This document shows positions 10,851 through 23,220 of a stretch of DNA of 64,000 bases, piece by piece. Within the stretch, counting starts at the first letter, position 1. Every line of letters begins with the position of its first letter. The notes below the pieces were generated by a model. It was not told where the DNA came from and made no database searches. It was given only the letters and a program-made list of their open reading frames with translations. This DNA comes from Calditrichaceae bacterium (GTDB lineage Bacteria > Calditrichota > Calditrichia > Calditrichales > JBFXGD01): assembly GCA_050173015.1 (NCBI GenBank), contig JBFXLE010000005.1, forward strand, positions 128,001-192,000. The letters are read 5' to 3'. A program made the position numbers and the translations under genes.

Positions 10851-11291
10851 TTGAAGATAGCAATTGGTTCTGATCACGCAGGGTATTTGCTGAAAGAAAC
10901 GATTAAAAAATTTCTTGGCGAAAAGGAAATCGAATTTACTGATTATGGTACATTTAAAATGGATTCAGTCGATTATCCTGAATATAGTTATAAGGTCGGT
11001 CAGTCGGTAGCGTCCGGTGATTGTGACCTGGGCATTCTTATATGCGGAACCGGAATCGGAATGTGTATTACGGCAAATAAAATTAAAGGAATCCGTGCTG
11101 CTCTGGCCTATAATGTTGAAACAGCTCAGCTAAGCCGTTTGCATAATGACTCGAATGTATTGTGCTTAGGCGGAAGGATGTTAAAAGAAGAAGACGCTCT
11201 TGAAATAGTCGACGCCTGGTTTAATACAACTTTTGAAGGGGGACGCCACCAATCCAGGCTTAACCTGATTTCTCAATTAACAGGATTGTAA
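10851..11291 (+). CDS. rpiB: Ribose-5-phosphate isomerase B
   Basis: [30 protein letters not shown]. Confidence 0.95.
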   Translation: MKIAIGSDHAGYLLKETIKKFLGEKEIEFTDYGTFKMDSVDYPEYSYKVGQSVASGDCDLGILICGTGIGMCITANKIKGIRAALAYNVETAQLSRLHNDSNVLCLGGRMLKEEDALEIVDAWFNTTFEGGRHQSRLNLISQLTGL

Positions 11292-11301
11292 GGGAGTTGT
11301 T

Positions 11302-12597
11302 ATGTTAGAAGAACTGAAAAAATCTGATCCCGAAGTATATGAATCCATCGTTAAAGAACTTGATCGGCAAAATAATACTCTTGAACTGATCGCTTCAGAA
11401 AATTTTGTATCACAGGCTGTTTTGGAAGCAAATGGCTCGGTATTGACTAATAAATATGCCGAAGGATATCCCGGGAAAAGATATTACGGAGGCTGTGAAT
11501 TTGTTGATATCGCGGAAGATCTGGCAAGAGACCGGGCAAAAACGCTCTTTAATTGTGAATATGTAAACGTCCAACCGCACTCAGGTTCACAAGCGAATAT
11601 GGCGGTTTATTTTACATATCTTGAACACGGCGATAAAATCCTTGGAATGGATCTCGCTCACGGCGGGCATTTAACACACGGATCACCCGTAAATTTTTCA
11701 GGAAAGATCTATAATTTTGTCTCATACGGAGTAAATAAAGAGACCGGTTATATTGATATGTCTGTGGTAGCAAAACAAGCCCGCGAGCATAAACCGAAGA
11801 TGATTGTTGTGGGCGCCAGCGCCTATTCAAGACATTATGAATTTGCTAAATTTAAAGAAATCGCTGATGAAATCGGCGCCATATTATTTGCAGATGTCGC
11901 TCATCCTTCGGGATTGATCGCCGCGGGGCTGCATCCCAGCCCGATACCCCATTGTGATGTGGTAACGACGACCACACATAAGACATTGCGCGGCCCGAGG
12001 GGCGGAATGATTATGGCGGGGAAAGATACTGAAAATAAAATGGGTATTATCGCCCCAAAATCAGGCCGCGTGAAAATGATGTCGGAAATCATCGATAGTA
12101 ACGTGATGCCCGGAATTCAGGGCGGTCCTCTTATGCATGTGATAGCCGCAAAAGCTGTTGCATTTGGAGAAGCCTTAAAACCGGAATTTAAAACATATGC
12201 CGCTCAAATTATTAAAAATGCAAAAACACTTGCCGATAGCCTGATAGAAAAAGGGTACGATATTGTTTCAGGTGGCACGGATAATCATGTTTTTCTGGTG
12301 GATTTAACAAATAAAAACATCACCGGAAAAGCCGCCGAAAACGCATTGCATGCCGCGGGAATTACGGTGAATAAAAACATGGTGCCGTTTGATACGAGAA
12401 GTCCTTTTGTAACCAGTGGAATTCGTCTTGGGACGGCAGCCCTTACCACGAAGGGTATGATTGAAAAAGAAATGAAATTGATTGCCGGATATATAGATAA
12501 AGTATTAACCAATATTGACGATGAGCAGGTGTACAGAGAAATAAATGGTAATATAAAAGAACTGAATCGCCATTTTCAGTTATATAAGCTTGATTAA
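11302..12597 (+). CDS. glyA: Serine hydroxymethyltransferase
   Basis: [36 protein letters not shown]. Confidence 0.97.
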   Translation: MLEELKKSDPEVYESIVKELDRQNNTLELIASENFVSQAVLEANGSVLTNKYAEGYPGKRYYGGCEFVDIAEDLARDRAKTLFNCEYVNVQPHSGSQANMAVYFTYLEHGDKILGMDLAHGGHLTHGSPVNFSGKIYNFVSYGVNKETGYIDMSVVAKQAREHKPKMIVVGASAYSRHYEFAKFKEIADEIGAILFADVAHPSGLIAAGLHPSPIPHCDVVTTTTHKTLRGPRGGMIMAGKDTENKMGIIAPKSGRVKMMSEIIDSNVMPGIQGGPLMHVIAAKAVAFGEALKPEFKTYAAQIIKNAKTLADSLIEKGYDIVSGGTDNHVFLVDLTNKNITGKAAENALHAAGITVNKNMVPFDTRSPFVTSGIRLGTAALTTKGMIEKEMKLIAGYIDKVLTNIDDEQVYREINGNIKELNRHFQLYKLD

Positions 12598-12646
12598 GCA
12601 TAAAATTAAACACATCTTTTTGGATTGAGCATAAAGTAGACGGATT

Positions 12647-13375
12647 ATGAAAGAAGTTGAAATGCACTTCCTGGATCATCTGGAAGAACTTCGGTGGCGA
12701 ATATTGAAAGCGCTCGCATTCGTATTTGTACTGACTATAATCTGTTTTGCGTTTTCTGATCAGATCTTAAATCTGCTGCTGATTCCAACCGAGAATTTAA
12801 CTTACAAAATTAATCTGCAAGTCCTTAAAGTGCAGACCATTTTTGTAATTAAACTGGAATTGGCTCTGATCGCAGGGATTATCCTAAGTCTGCCGGTCAT
12901 ATTTTATCAAATCTGGGCATTTATCGCGCCGGGTCTTCTGGATCGTGAAAGAAAATATATCATACCCGTCATAACTTTTGCGACACTTAGCTTTCTTGCT
13001 GGCAGCGCGTTTGCCTATTATATTATTGTACCCTATTCACTGGAATTTTTTCTTAGTCTTGCCCCGCCCTCAATTACAAACAATATTGCCATAGATTTTT
13101 ATTTTGGATATGTCATCAGAATCATCCTCGTTTTTGGTGTAGTATTTGAGTTACCGGTTGTTAGTTTGTTGCTGACAAAAATAGGGCTGATCACGCCGTC
13201 GATGCTAAGAAAATACAGAAGCTACGCAATTGTAGTTATCTTTATTGCCGCCGCAATCTTAACACCTCCCGATCCTACCACACAAATACTGCTGGCGGTA
13301 CCTCTTGTTATACTCTATGAAATTACCATCCTTGTCAGTTATTTCTTTGTCCGGAAGGACAAAAAATCCGCATAA
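12647..13375 (+). CDS. tatC: Twin-arginine translocase subunit TatC
   Basis: HLEELRWR, WAFIAPGL, FELP, AAILTPPD. Confidence 0.95.
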   Translation: MKEVEMHFLDHLEELRWRILKALAFVFVLTIICFAFSDQILNLLLIPTENLTYKINLQVLKVQTIFVIKLELALIAGIILSLPVIFYQIWAFIAPGLLDRERKYIIPVITFATLSFLAGSAFAYYIIVPYSLEFFLSLAPPSITNNIAIDFYFGYVIRIILVFGVVFELPVVSLLLTKIGLITPSMLRKYRSYAIVVIFIAAAILTPPDPTTQILLAVPLVILYEITILVSYFFVRKDKKSA

Positions 13376-13433
13376 TGGTTCGACAGATAATGTTGATTAA
13401 CTTGATATTAATGTTTACATTAATTTCTTTTTT

Positions 13434-14447
13434 ATGATTATGGAAAATAGTTTAATCAAGGATAAAAGAGATAAATTGAATTTAAGCGCGATAAAGAAAC
13501 CTTTTAAAAAAGAATTAGATGAATACGATATCACTTTTAATAAAATAATGTCATCTGATGTCAAACTGATTGATTCCGTTGTAAAGTATATTGTCCGTCA
13601 TAAAGGTAAAAATCTTCGTCCTCTGCTCGTATTAATGTCCGCTAAATTAGTGGGAACGACCAATGAAAATACATACATAGTCGCGTCAATTGTTGAAATG
13701 CTGCATTCCGCCTCATTAATACATGATGATGTAGTCGATGATTCAGATATGCGAAGAAGTTTTCCGTCAATAAACGCCATATGGAAAAATAAAATTGCTG
13801 TTCTCATCGGTGACTATTTATTGTCAAAATGTTTAATAGGCGCGACGATGTCCGGTAAGCTGGAAGTCATGAATATTTTAGCTCACGCGTCGAAGAGGCT
13901 TAGTAAGGGAGAATTGCTGCAGATTGAAAAGTCGCTGAAAATGAATATTACGGAAGAAGACTACTTTAAAATGATTTCTGATAAAACCGCCGCGCTCATA
14001 AGCGCCGCGGCGGAGCTAGGCGCTCTAACGACATCATCCAACGAAAAAGACCACGAAAATCTCAGAAATTTTGGTGAATATCTCGGCATAGCGTTTCAGA
14101 TCAAAGATGATTTACTGGACTATTACGGTCATCAAAGTATTCTTGGAAAGCCGGTCGGTAATGATTTCAAAGATAAAAAAATTACTTTGCCATTAATCTA
14201 CGCGTTTCAGAATTCTAAAGACGGGGAAATTAAAAAGATAAAAAAGGCCCTGAAGAAAGGCGTTAATAAAGCCGATGTAAAGAAAATTATCGGATTCGCG
14301 GAAAAGAACGGCGGAATCGATTATGCCAAGCAAAAACAAAATGAATACGCCCAGAAGGCCAAAGATTGTCTGGAAGAATATCCGGATTCGGATTTAAAAT
14401 CGGCAATGTGGCATTTCGTGGATTATGTTATTGAGAGAAAAATGTAA
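13434..14447 (+). CDS. Polyprenyl diphosphate synthase (IspB-like)
   Basis: GKNLRP, HDDVVD and FQIKDDLLD motifs. Confidence 0.92.
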   Translation: MIMENSLIKDKRDKLNLSAIKKPFKKELDEYDITFNKIMSSDVKLIDSVVKYIVRHKGKNLRPLLVLMSAKLVGTTNENTYIVASIVEMLHSASLIHDDVVDDSDMRRSFPSINAIWKNKIAVLIGDYLLSKCLIGATMSGKLEVMNILAHASKRLSKGELLQIEKSLKMNITEEDYFKMISDKTAALISAAAELGALTTSSNEKDHENLRNFGEYLGIAFQIKDDLLDYYGHQSILGKPVGNDFKDKKITLPLIYAFQNSKDGEIKKIKKALKKGVNKADVKKIIGFAEKNGGIDYAKQKQNEYAQKAKDCLEEYPDSDLKSAMWHFVDYVIERKM

Positions 14448-14452
14448 GAAAG

Positions 14453-15484
14453 ATGAGTGACAATTCTCCAAAAATATTAATAATTCGGCTAAGCTCCATC
14501 GGTGATGTACTACTAACCACTCCATTTATAAGACAAGCCCGTATCAAATTCCCAACGGCTCAAATAGATTTCGTTGTTAAAAAGGAATTCGCGGACCTGA
14601 TAAAACATAATCCCCACATCAACCATGTGCATATATTTGACAAGCATAATAAAAACAAGGGATTAAAACATCTTTTACAGCAAATTAAAGCGGTCAATTA
14701 CAACTATATATTTGATCTGCATAATAATTTCCGGTCAAAATATTTGTTGAAAGCCGGAAGCAATGCCGCACAATCGCATATTAAAAAAGACAAATTGAAA
14801 CGAGCGCTTCTTGTTTACGCCAAAATAAATCTCTATAGTGAAATTAAACCAATCCCCCTCAGGTATTTGGATGTCGGAAAGCTGGCAGGCATAGAAAACG
14901 ATTTCCAGGGACTTGAAATTTTCTGGAAAAACGCGGTTGAGGAGAAAATTGACCGAATCCTGAAAGAGAGGGGTGTCAAGAGTGATTATATCGTATTTGC
15001 CCCGGGAGCCGGATTTTTTACAAAACAATGGCCGATAGAATATTTTAAGGATCTCACGAGGTTGTTTTTAGAAAAACGTGAAGAAAATATCATCATACTC
15101 GGCGGGAAAAATGAAATCGGTAAATTCGATTCACTTGAAATATCCGGGAAAGTGATTAATTTAACCGGAAAATTAAGTTTGTTGGAATCGGCAGCGGTTT
15201 TATCGCGCGCAAGAGCAGTTGTGTCAAATGATTCCGGATTGATGCATATGGCATCCGCTGTAAAGACGCCTGTCGTGGCGATCTTTGGGTCGACGGTCAA
15301 AGAGCTGGGATTCTTCCCTTACAGAAGCAATTCGATCATAATTGAAAATCGGGATTTGAAATGCCGTCCATGTTCACACATCGGAAGGAAAAAATGCCCT
15401 CGGGGTCATTTTAAGTGTATGCTTGAGATAGAACCCGATCTGGTATTTAAGAATGCGGAAGCCATATTGACGGGGAAGTTATAA
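14453..15484 (+). CDS. LPS heptosyltransferase (GT9, WaaF-like)
   Basis: RLSSIGDV, APGA..KQWP, NDSGLMHMA. Confidence 0.88.
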   Translation: MSDNSPKILIIRLSSIGDVLLTTPFIRQARIKFPTAQIDFVVKKEFADLIKHNPHINHVHIFDKHNKNKGLKHLLQQIKAVNYNYIFDLHNNFRSKYLLKAGSNAAQSHIKKDKLKRALLVYAKINLYSEIKPIPLRYLDVGKLAGIENDFQGLEIFWKNAVEEKIDRILKERGVKSDYIVFAPGAGFFTKQWPIEYFKDLTRLFLEKREENIIILGGKNEIGKFDSLEISGKVINLTGKLSLLESAAVLSRARAVVSNDSGLMHMASAVKTPVVAIFGSTVKELGFFPYRSNSIIIENRDLKCRPCSHIGRKKCPRGHFKCMLEIEPDLVFKNAEAILTGKL

Positions 15485-16762
15485 ATGATGAAATGGGTAA
15501 CCGGTTCAATATATACATACTTCGTTTTTCCGTGCATTCTATTAATCGCAAAGACGGTAAGCTTGTTCAACAAAGAAATAAGAAAAGCTCTGAATCTGAG
15601 ATATCGTGTTTTTGACGAACTGAAGCGGATAAAAGATACGATACCCCGGGAAAATAAAATCGTCCTGCTGCACGCCGCGTCGATGGGTGAATTTGAACAC
15701 ATAAAACCACTCATAACAAAACTTAAATCAACATATAACACTTCAATAATTGTGACGTTTTTTTCGCCATCCGCCTATGAAAACGTCAAGCAGTATCCCG
15801 GTGTTGAATTGTTTATTTATCTGCCATTGGACAAAAGGTCAAACTGGCAAAAATTTTATGATATTTTAAAACCGGATTTGATCATTATTTCAAAACATGA
15901 TGTATGGCCCAATCAAATATGGATGGCTAAGAAATACGGAATTCCAATATTTCTCGTCAATGCTTCCTTATCCGGGGATTCAAGCAGGACAAAATTCTGG
16001 ATACGTTCTTTTCTTAAATATGTGTATCGCTCCTTTGATCATATTTTTGCCATAAGCACCCAGGACATGGAAAGATTTGCCAAATACTTCCCGCGTTGCC
16101 GCGTATCTAAGATGGGAGATACAAAATTTGATCAGGTATTGATCAGAAAAGATGAGGCAGCCGCTAAACAATTTATTCCGGAAAACTGGACCAAAAACAG
16201 TTTGGTCATTCTCCTGGGAAGCATCTGGCCGGAAGATTCTGAACATATTCTGCCCGCTGTCGGTTCTATATTAGAAAAAAAATCCAATGTAAAGGTTATT
16301 GTGGTCCCGCATCAGCCATCCACTCAATATATTGAGTCATTAAGTGTGCGCCTGCAGAAGTTTAACCCGGTACTCTTTACAGATCGAAGCCGTCTTGCGG
16401 AATCCCGTTTGCTGATAGTTGATGTGGTCGGTGTGTTGGCTGATCTTTACAAATACGCGAATATCGCCTATGTCGGCGGCAGTTTTAAACAGGGAATCCA
16501 TAATGTGATGGAACCGGCCATATATAAGATTCCCGTCCTTTACGGTCCGATTCACACTAATTCATTCGAAGCCATAAATTTACTTAAAGCCGGCGGCAGT
16601 ATTCTTCTGAATAATGAAAATGATGGCCTGGCGATTATGGAAGATTTGGCGGGGAATGAAAATAATCGTATCGAAATTGGCGAAAAGGCATATCGGTTTG
16701 CTGTTGAAAATCTTGGCGCTACGGACAGAATTGTTAAAGAATGGGGAAGATATCTAAGTTGA
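15485..16762 (+). CDS. waaA: Kdo transferase
   Basis: HAASMGE, YLPLD, GDTKFD, VGGSF..HNVMEPA. Confidence 0.9.
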   Translation: MMKWVTGSIYTYFVFPCILLIAKTVSLFNKEIRKALNLRYRVFDELKRIKDTIPRENKIVLLHAASMGEFEHIKPLITKLKSTYNTSIIVTFFSPSAYENVKQYPGVELFIYLPLDKRSNWQKFYDILKPDLIIISKHDVWPNQIWMAKKYGIPIFLVNASLSGDSSRTKFWIRSFLKYVYRSFDHIFAISTQDMERFAKYFPRCRVSKMGDTKFDQVLIRKDEAAAKQFIPENWTKNSLVILLGSIWPEDSEHILPAVGSILEKKSNVKVIVVPHQPSTQYIESLSVRLQKFNPVLFTDRSRLAESRLLIVDVVGVLADLYKYANIAYVGGSFKQGIHNVMEPAIYKIPVLYGPIHTNSFEAINLLKAGGSILLNNENDGLAIMEDLAGNENNRIEIGEKAYRFAVENLGATDRIVKEWGRYLS

Positions 16763-16796
16763 GCGTCACAGAAAAAATCTGACTGTTGAATAAATT

Positions 16797-16831
16797 AAAA
16801 AAGCCCGCGATTTGATGACGGGCTTTTTTTT
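16797..16831. terminator. Bidirectional intrinsic terminator
   Basis: A-tract, GCCCG...CGGGC stem, T-tract, between convergent genes. Confidence 0.75.
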
Positions 16832-16849
16832 ATACCTAAAATAGTTGGC

Positions 16850-18049
16850 TCAGGATACTCTTCCGGGGTATGCTTTTAATCCTTCAGACAGAATAAACAT
16901 GGCGCGCTTTATATCTGTAACATTCAATACATAGGCAATCCGGACTTCATTTTTCCCAAGACCGGGAGTAGAGTAAAAACCATTGGCCGGCGCGATCATA
17001 ACGGTTTCGTTGTCAATATCAAAATCGGTCAGCATCCAGCGGGCAAAATTATCGGCGTCATCAACCGGTAATTTTACTACCAGATAGAACGCCCCCTTAG
17101 GCATTGGCGCGATCACACCGGGCATTGCTCTAAGCGCGTTTACCATCGTGTCCCGGCGTTCTTTGTACTCGGAGATCACGGCTTCAAAATATTCATTTGG
17201 CGTGTCTATTCCTGACTCCGCTCCTATCTGCTCAATTGTCGGAGGGCATAACCGGGCCATTCCGAATTTCAGCGCGGCTTCAATGATCCGATTGTTTTTT
17301 GTAACAATCATGCCGATACGCGCTCCGCAGGCCGAGTATCTTTTTGATACACTGTCAAGCATGATCGCCCGGTCTTCAATATCCGGTAAATGCATGACCG
17401 ATGTATGAGTCTCACCGTCATAGAGAAATTCCCGGTAAACTTCATCAGAAAGTAAAAAAAGATCATGTTTCTTTACGATTTCTTTTAATGCCATCAGTTC
17501 CTTTTCAGAATAAACATACCCTGTCGGATTGTTTGGATTACAGATTAAAATAGCCCTCGTTTTATCAGTAATCTTTTCCGCGATGGATTGAATAGATGGT
17601 AGCTGGAAATCATTTTCAATACTGGATGTGATGGGAACAATCCGTACACCGGCTTCAACCGCGAAGCCATTGTAATTTGTATAAAAGGGTTCCGGAACAA
17701 TAATTTCGTCGCCGGGATCCGCGATGGCCATCAGTGTGAAAATAATGGCTTCACTTCCTCCGGTTGTTATCAGAATATCATCCATAGTGACATTGATATT
17801 AAATTTGCGATAGTACTTTGTCATTTTTGTTCTGAGTGACGTCAGGCCTGCCGAAGGCCCGTAGGATAAGACAGGCATATTCAAATTTTTTATCGGGTTC
17901 ATAAATGAATCAGGCGTTTTAATGTCCGGCTGACCGATATTCAAATAATAAACATGTTTACCCTTTGCCACAGCCTGATCCGCGAACGGAACAAGTTTAC
18001 GGATGGGGGAAGAAGGCATCAAATTACCGCGACTAGATAAGAATTTCAT
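16850..18049 (-). CDS. PLP-dependent aminotransferase class I/II (aspartate aminotransferase-like)
   Basis: LNIGQPD, NPNNPTG, SDEVY, SVSKRYSACGARIG. Confidence 0.92.
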   Translation of the reverse strand: MKFLSSRGNLMPSSPIRKLVPFADQAVAKGKHVYYLNIGQPDIKTPDSFMNPIKNLNMPVLSYGPSAGLTSLRTKMTKYYRKFNINVTMDDILITTGGSEAIIFTLMAIADPGDEIIVPEPFYTNYNGFAVEAGVRIVPITSSIENDFQLPSIQSIAEKITDKTRAILICNPNNPTGYVYSEKELMALKEIVKKHDLFLLSDEVYREFLYDGETHTSVMHLPDIEDRAIMLDSVSKRYSACGARIGMIVTKNNRIIEAALKFGMARLCPPTIEQIGAESGIDTPNEYFEAVISEYKERRDTMVNALRAMPGVIAPMPKGAFYLVVKLPVDDADNFARWMLTDFDIDNETVMIAPANGFYSTPGLGKNEVRIAYVLNVTDIKRAMFILSEGLKAYPGRVS

Positions 18050-18442
18050 TTTATATTTATCCCTAAATTTATATTTTGTCTATAATATAATATAGATAAA
18101 AAATATATCTATTGTTAAATAAAAAAAAGGATTAATCGACCTGAAAATAGCTAAAAAAAATAAAGAGAAGTTGTGAAAATAGGATTAAATGTCTAAATTG
18201 TGTGACTTCCTAAAATTAGGAAAAACAATAATATTTAACTTGAACGGTAAGAAATAAGAATATTAAATCATTGAATTAAATTTTATATTAATTCTAAAAT
18301 AAATATAGGCTTACGAGATTTGTATATATAACCGGTATCAATGGCATATAATTTGTAATAATACAGAATCAATGCAAATTTCTATAGTTCTGAAAACAAG
18401 GTTAAAATATAAACCTTCACCGCACAACAGAAGGAGTCGCGC

Positions 18443-21400
18443 ATGAAACGAAAAAAGGTCACAATAGATGGAAACGAAGCAGCTGCTTATGTGGCCCATA
18501 AAGTAAATGAAGTCATAGCCATTTATCCGATAACACCATCTTCAAATATGGGTGAGTGGGCTGATGAATATACCGCAAAAGGCCAGAAAAACATATGGGG
18601 AACCATTCCGAGCGTCACAGAGATGCAGAGTGAAGGCGGTGCCTCCGGCGCGGTACACGGAGCATTGCAGACCGGCGCGTTAACAACCACATTCACGGCG
18701 TCACAGGGATTGCTACTCATGATCCCGAATATGTATAAAATCGCGGGTGAATTAACATCTACAGTCTTTCATGTCTCGGCGCGATCCATTGCCGCCCAGG
18801 CTTTATCTATCTTTGGTGATCATAGTGACGTGATGGCAACCCGCCAGACCGGATTCGCATTATTGGCGTCAAATTCGGTTCAGGAAGTTATGGACTTCGC
18901 GCTGATCACACAGGCTGCCACACTTGAGGCGAGAGTTCCCTTTATTCACTTTTTTGATGGTTTCAGAACATCTCACGAAGTTATGAAAATAGAGCAGCTT
19001 ACGATTGATGATATGAAAGAGATGATCGACGATGATCTGGTCATCGCTCACAGAAAAAGAGGTCTGACCCCTGATAAACCTGTGGTCCGTGGAACCGCGC
19101 AGAATCCGGATGTATTTTTCCAGGCCAGGGAAACAGTGAATCCCTATTACGAAAAAACTCCGAATATTGTCCAGGACGCGATGGATAAATTTGCGAAGAT
19201 AACGGGTCGCCAATATAAATTGTTTGAATATGTCGGTCATCCGGAAGCTGAACGCGTAATTGTAGTAATGGGTTCGGGCGCGGAAGCCGTTCAGGAAGCG
19301 GTTGAATTTTTAATGGCTGCCGGGGAAAAAGTTGGTATGATAAAAGTTCGTCTATACCGCCCCTTCTCCAAAAAACATCTAATGGAAGCTCTGCCAAAGA
19401 CAACCAAAGCAATGGCTGTTTTAGACAGAACAAAAGAGCCGGGTTCCGCGGGTGAACCATTGTACCAGGATGTCATGACTTCAATGATGGAAGGCATGAC
19501 GGAAGGAATTCTGCCCACTGAACGTTTCCCGAAATTTATCGGTGGCCGTTACGGTCTTTCATCCAAAGAATTTACGCCGGCCATGATTATGGGTATTTAT
19601 GACGAATTAAAGAAAGATAAGCCCAAAAATCATTTCACGATCGGTATAAAAGATGATTTATCAAACACCAGTCTCGAATATGATCCGAGTTTGTCCACAG
19701 AATCCAAAGAAGTTATCCGTGGAATGTTTTACGGATTGGGAGCTGACGGGACGGTTGGAGCGAATAAGAATTCAATAAAGATTATTGGTGAAGAAACGGA
19801 TAATTACGCTCAGGGTTATTTTGTATATGATTCAAAAAAATCCGGTTCGGTGACCATTTCTCATCTTCGTTTCGGGAAAAAACCGATTCATTCAACCTAT
19901 CTGATCTCAAAAGCCAATTTTATCGCTTGTCATCAATTCACATTTGTTGAAAAATTTGATATTCTTGGAAACGCGATGGAAGGCGCGACATTCTTGTTGA
20001 ACAGTCCATACGAAAAGGATGAAGTATGGAATAAACTGCCCAAGATTGTTCAAAAACAGATGATTGATAAGAAACTCAAGTTTTATGTGATTGACGCTTA
20101 TGATGTGGCAAAAGATACCGGTATGGGCCAGCGTATCAATACGATTATGCAGACCTGCTTCTTTGCCATTTCCGGTGTCCTGCCAAAAGACGAAGCGATT
20201 GAAAAAATTAAAAACACCATCAAAAAAACATACGGCCGCAAAGGCGAAGATATTGTAAAGATGAATTATAACGCGGTTGATCAGACACTGGCCAATTTGC
20301 ATGAAATAAAAATTCCGGCTCAGGTAAGCAGTCTGATAGATCTGCCGCCGGTCGTATCGGAAAAAGCGCCTGATTTTGTTAAAGATGTGACCGCGATGAT
20401 GATGGCCGGTAAAGGTGATGACCTGCCGGTGAGCGCGATGCCCGATGATGGCACGTATCCTACGGGAACAACAAAGTGGGAAAAACGAAATATCGCTCTC
20501 GAAATTCCTGTCTGGGATGAAGAGATATGTATTCAATGCGGTAAATGCGCCATGGTATGTCCGCATGCGGTTATAAGAATAAAAGCATATGATGAAAAAC
20601 ATCTGGAAGGCGCTCCATCTACATTTAAACATATGGTTGCCAAGGGAAAAGAATGGCCGGAGAAAACCATGTACACGATTCAGGTTGCTCCGGAAGATTG
20701 TACCGGATGTGAGTTGTGTGTGGAAGTCTGCCCGGCGAAAAGCAAAGAAGTGGTTGGGCATAAAGCGCTGGATATGGCGCCTCAGCTGCCCCTCAAGGAA
20801 GCGGAAAAAGAAAACTGGGATTACTTCCTTAATATTCCTGAATTTGATCGATCGATGATTAAACAGGATACGGTAAAAGGCTCACAGTTCCTCCAGCCTC
20901 TTTTTGAATTCTCCGGAGCGTGCGCCGGATGCGGTGAAACACCTTATATCAAGCTGGTTACCCAGCTCTTTGGTGACAGGATGGTGATTGCCAATGCTAC
21001 AGGTTGTTCATCCATTTACGGCGGTAATTTGCCGACCACCCCATATACATCAAATGAAGAAGGCCGGGGACCGGCATGGTCAAATTCATTATTCGAAGAT
21101 AACGCTGAATTTGGTCTTGGTTACAGGCTTACCATTGATAAACAAACCGAACAGGCGTTTGAATTGCTGACTAAATTAAAGGATCAGCTTGATTCCGTGT
21201 TGGTTGATGAAATTATCAACGCAAATCAGGCAGAAGAGACCGAAATTTTTGAGCAAAGAAAACGTGTTGAAAAACTCAATGAGCAGTTGTTGAAGATAAA
21301 TTCAAAAGAGTCAAAACTGCTTCTGAGTTTGAGTAATTATCTGGTGAAGAAGAGCGTATGGATTATAGGCGGTGACGGCTGGGCTTATGATATCGGTTAC

Positions 21401-22030
21401 GGCGGTCTGGATCATGTTCTTGCCTCCGGTAAAAATGTGAATATTCTTGTCCTGGATACGGAGGTTTATTCCAATACCGGTGGTCAGATGTCCAAAGCGA
21501 CACCGATGGGCGCCGTGGCAAAATTCGCGGCCGGCGGTAAGCCCGCTCCAAAGAAAGATCTTGGAATGCTGGCCATGTCATACGGCAATGTTTACGTGGC
21601 GAAGATCGCTATGGGCGCGAGTGATACGCAAACCGTCAAGGCGATCATTGAAGCGGAAAAATATGACGGCCCGTCCCTGATTATTGCCTACAGCCACTGT
21701 ATCGCCCATGGATATAATATGCGTTACGGAATGCAGCAGCAAAAACTCGCGGTCGATTCCGGTCACTGGCATTTGTACCGCTACAATCCGGATATGGCAA
21801 AAGAGGGAGTCAATCCGTTAAAACTCGATTCCAAAGAGCCAAAAGTCGCGCTGGAAGATTACATTTACAATGAAACCCGTTACAAAATGCTGACCAAGAT
21901 GAATCCGAAAGCAGCAAAGGAACTTCTTGCTCAGGCCCAGGAAGATGTCAAGGAACGGTATAAGTTGTACGCCAATATGGCAAATATGGATTATTCTGCC
22001 GACAAAGAAGATGAGAATAATGAAAAATAA
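18443..22030 (+). CDS. nifJ: Pyruvate:ferredoxin/flavodoxin oxidoreductase
   Basis: YPITPSS, two CxxCxxCxxxCP ferredoxin motifs, [18 protein letters not shown]. Confidence 0.97.
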   Translation: MKRKKVTIDGNEAAAYVAHKVNEVIAIYPITPSSNMGEWADEYTAKGQKNIWGTIPSVTEMQSEGGASGAVHGALQTGALTTTFTASQGLLLMIPNMYKIAGELTSTVFHVSARSIAAQALSIFGDHSDVMATRQTGFALLASNSVQEVMDFALITQAATLEARVPFIHFFDGFRTSHEVMKIEQLTIDDMKEMIDDDLVIAHRKRGLTPDKPVVRGTAQNPDVFFQARETVNPYYEKTPNIVQDAMDKFAKITGRQYKLFEYVGHPEAERVIVVMGSGAEAVQEAVEFLMAAGEKVGMIKVRLYRPFSKKHLMEALPKTTKAMAVLDRTKEPGSAGEPLYQDVMTSMMEGMTEGILPTERFPKFIGGRYGLSSKEFTPAMIMGIYDELKKDKPKNHFTIGIKDDLSNTSLEYDPSLSTESKEVIRGMFYGLGADGTVGANKNSIKIIGEETDNYAQGYFVYDSKKSGSVTISHLRFGKKPIHSTYLISKANFIACHQFTFVEKFDILGNAMEGATFLLNSPYEKDEVWNKLPKIVQKQMIDKKLKFYVIDAYDVAKDTGMGQRINTIMQTCFFAISGVLPKDEAIEKIKNTIKKTYGRKGEDIVKMNYNAVDQTLANLHEIKIPAQVSSLIDLPPVVSEKAPDFVKDVTAMMMAGKGDDLPVSAMPDDGTYPTGTTKWEKRNIALEIPVWDEEICIQCGKCAMVCPHAVIRIKAYDEKHLEGAPSTFKHMVAKGKEWPEKTMYTIQVAPEDCTGCELCVEVCPAKSKEVVGHKALDMAPQLPLKEAEKENWDYFLNIPEFDRSMIKQDTVKGSQFLQPLFEFSGACAGCGETPYIKLVTQLFGDRMVIANATGCSSIYGGNLPTTPYTSNEEGRGPAWSNSLFEDNAEFGLGYRLTIDKQTEQAFELLTKLKDQLDSVLVDEIINANQAEETEIFEQRKRVEKLNEQLLKINSKESKLLLSLSNYLVKKSVWIIGGDGWAYDIGYGGLDHVLASGKNVNILVLDTEVYSNTGGQMSKATPMGAVAKFAAGGKPAPKKDLGMLAMSYGNVYVAKIAMGASDTQTVKAIIEAEKYDGPSLIIAYSHCIAHGYNMRYGMQQQKLAVDSGHWHLYRYNPDMAKEGVNPLKLDSKEPKVALEDYIYNETRYKMLTKMNPKAAKELLAQAQEDVKERYKLYANMANMDYSADKEDENNEK

Positions 22031-22042
22031 TTAAGTTAAATG

Positions 22043-22077
22043 ATGCAGGAGGCATATCTTCAGCCTCCTGCATTTTT
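22043..22077 (+). terminator. Stem-loop between nifJ and the DHODH-like gene (terminator or mRNA-stabilising hairpin)
   Basis: ATGCAGGAGGC / GCCTCCTGCAT 11-bp stem followed by TTTT. Confidence 0.6.
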
Positions 22078-22101
22078 AAATTATGGGGGAAAGGAGCCGA
22101 T

Positions 22102-23094
22102 ATGGATCTTTCAACAAAGTATCTAGGCTTAAATTTAAAAAATCCGATTGTACCTTCCGCGTCACCGCTATCGAATAATATTGACACAGTAAAAAAACTT
22201 GAAGACGCCGGCGCTGCCGCGGTGGTAATGTACTCATTGTTTGAAGAACAGATCACACATGAGAGTAACGAGCTTGACACCTTCTTAACCTATGGTTCTG
22301 AAAGTTTTTCCGAAGCATTGAGTTATTTTCCTCAGCCCGAGGAGTTTAACAACCTTGACGCGGAAGAATATCTCGAACAGGTTGCCCGTCTGAAAAGCGC
22401 GGTTGATATCCCCATCATCGGGAGTTTAAACGGCGTTTCGTCCGGCGGATGGATGAAGTACGCGAAAAAAATTGAAGAAGCAGGCGCCGACGCGCTGGAA
22501 TTAAATGTGTATTACATCCCGACAGATCCAAATATGACGTCGCAGCAGGTTGAAGATATTTATCTTGATAATCTTAAAACGGTGAAAAATTCCGTCAAGA
22601 TACCGGTCGCGATCAAATTAAGTCCATATTTCAGCGCCTTTGCCAACATGGCATCAAGACTGGATAAGGCCGGAGCCGACGGCCTGGTACTGTTTAACCG
22701 CTTCTATCAACCGGATATAGATCTTGAAGAACTGGAGGTTGTTCCAAATCTAATCTTCAGCACATCACATGAAATGCGTCTGCCTTTGAGATGGCTGGCC
22801 ATTTTGCATGGTAAAATAAAAGCCAGCCTGGCCGCGACTACAGGGATTCATGACGCGAAGGATGTTCTCAAGATGGTCATGGCCGGCGCGGATGTGACCA
22901 TGATGGCGTCAATTCTCTTAAAGGATGGAGTCGGGGAAATTTCCAAGATTCTTGCCGACCTTGAGAGATGGATGGAGGAACATGAATATAACTCCATTTC
23001 GCAGATGAAGGGATCAATGAGCTACAAGAATGTGGCGGAACCGGCGGCCTACGAACGGGCCAACTATATGAAAACACTTCAGAGTATCAAATAA
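22102..23094 (+). CDS. Dihydroorotate dehydrogenase-like FMN protein
   Basis: [24 protein letters not shown]; lacks the canonical SCPN loop. Confidence 0.88.
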   Translation: MDLSTKYLGLNLKNPIVPSASPLSNNIDTVKKLEDAGAAAVVMYSLFEEQITHESNELDTFLTYGSESFSEALSYFPQPEEFNNLDAEEYLEQVARLKSAVDIPIIGSLNGVSSGGWMKYAKKIEEAGADALELNVYYIPTDPNMTSQQVEDIYLDNLKTVKNSVKIPVAIKLSPYFSAFANMASRLDKAGADGLVLFNRFYQPDIDLEELEVVPNLIFSTSHEMRLPLRWLAILHGKIKASLAATTGIHDAKDVLKMVMAGADVTMMASILLKDGVGEISKILADLERWMEEHEYNSISQMKGSMSYKNVAEPAAYERANYMKTLQSIK

Positions 23095-23097
23095 TCC

Positions 23098-23125
23098 AAG
23101 CCCCGCCTGTCGGGGCTTTTTTTTT
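23098..23125 (+). terminator. Intrinsic terminator
   Basis: AAGCCCCG / CGGGGCTT stem plus T-tract. Confidence 0.85.
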
Positions 23126-23220
23126 CTGATACTAAAAAATATGCATATGCGTTATTTTCGCACTATATTCTTACTCATCAAACCGCTATTTTTAATGCCA
23201 TCTATTTCCTGGAGAGAAAA

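Noticed and set aside
18050-18442. Riboswitch or ncRNA in the divergent intergenic region
   Set aside because: AT-rich promoter-like DNA with no structure I could recognise; an Rfam scan would be needed to exclude one
19907-20761. 284-aa antisense ORF and other short nested ORFs
   Set aside because: Shadow frames of well-supported genes such as nifJ, with no motifs of their own
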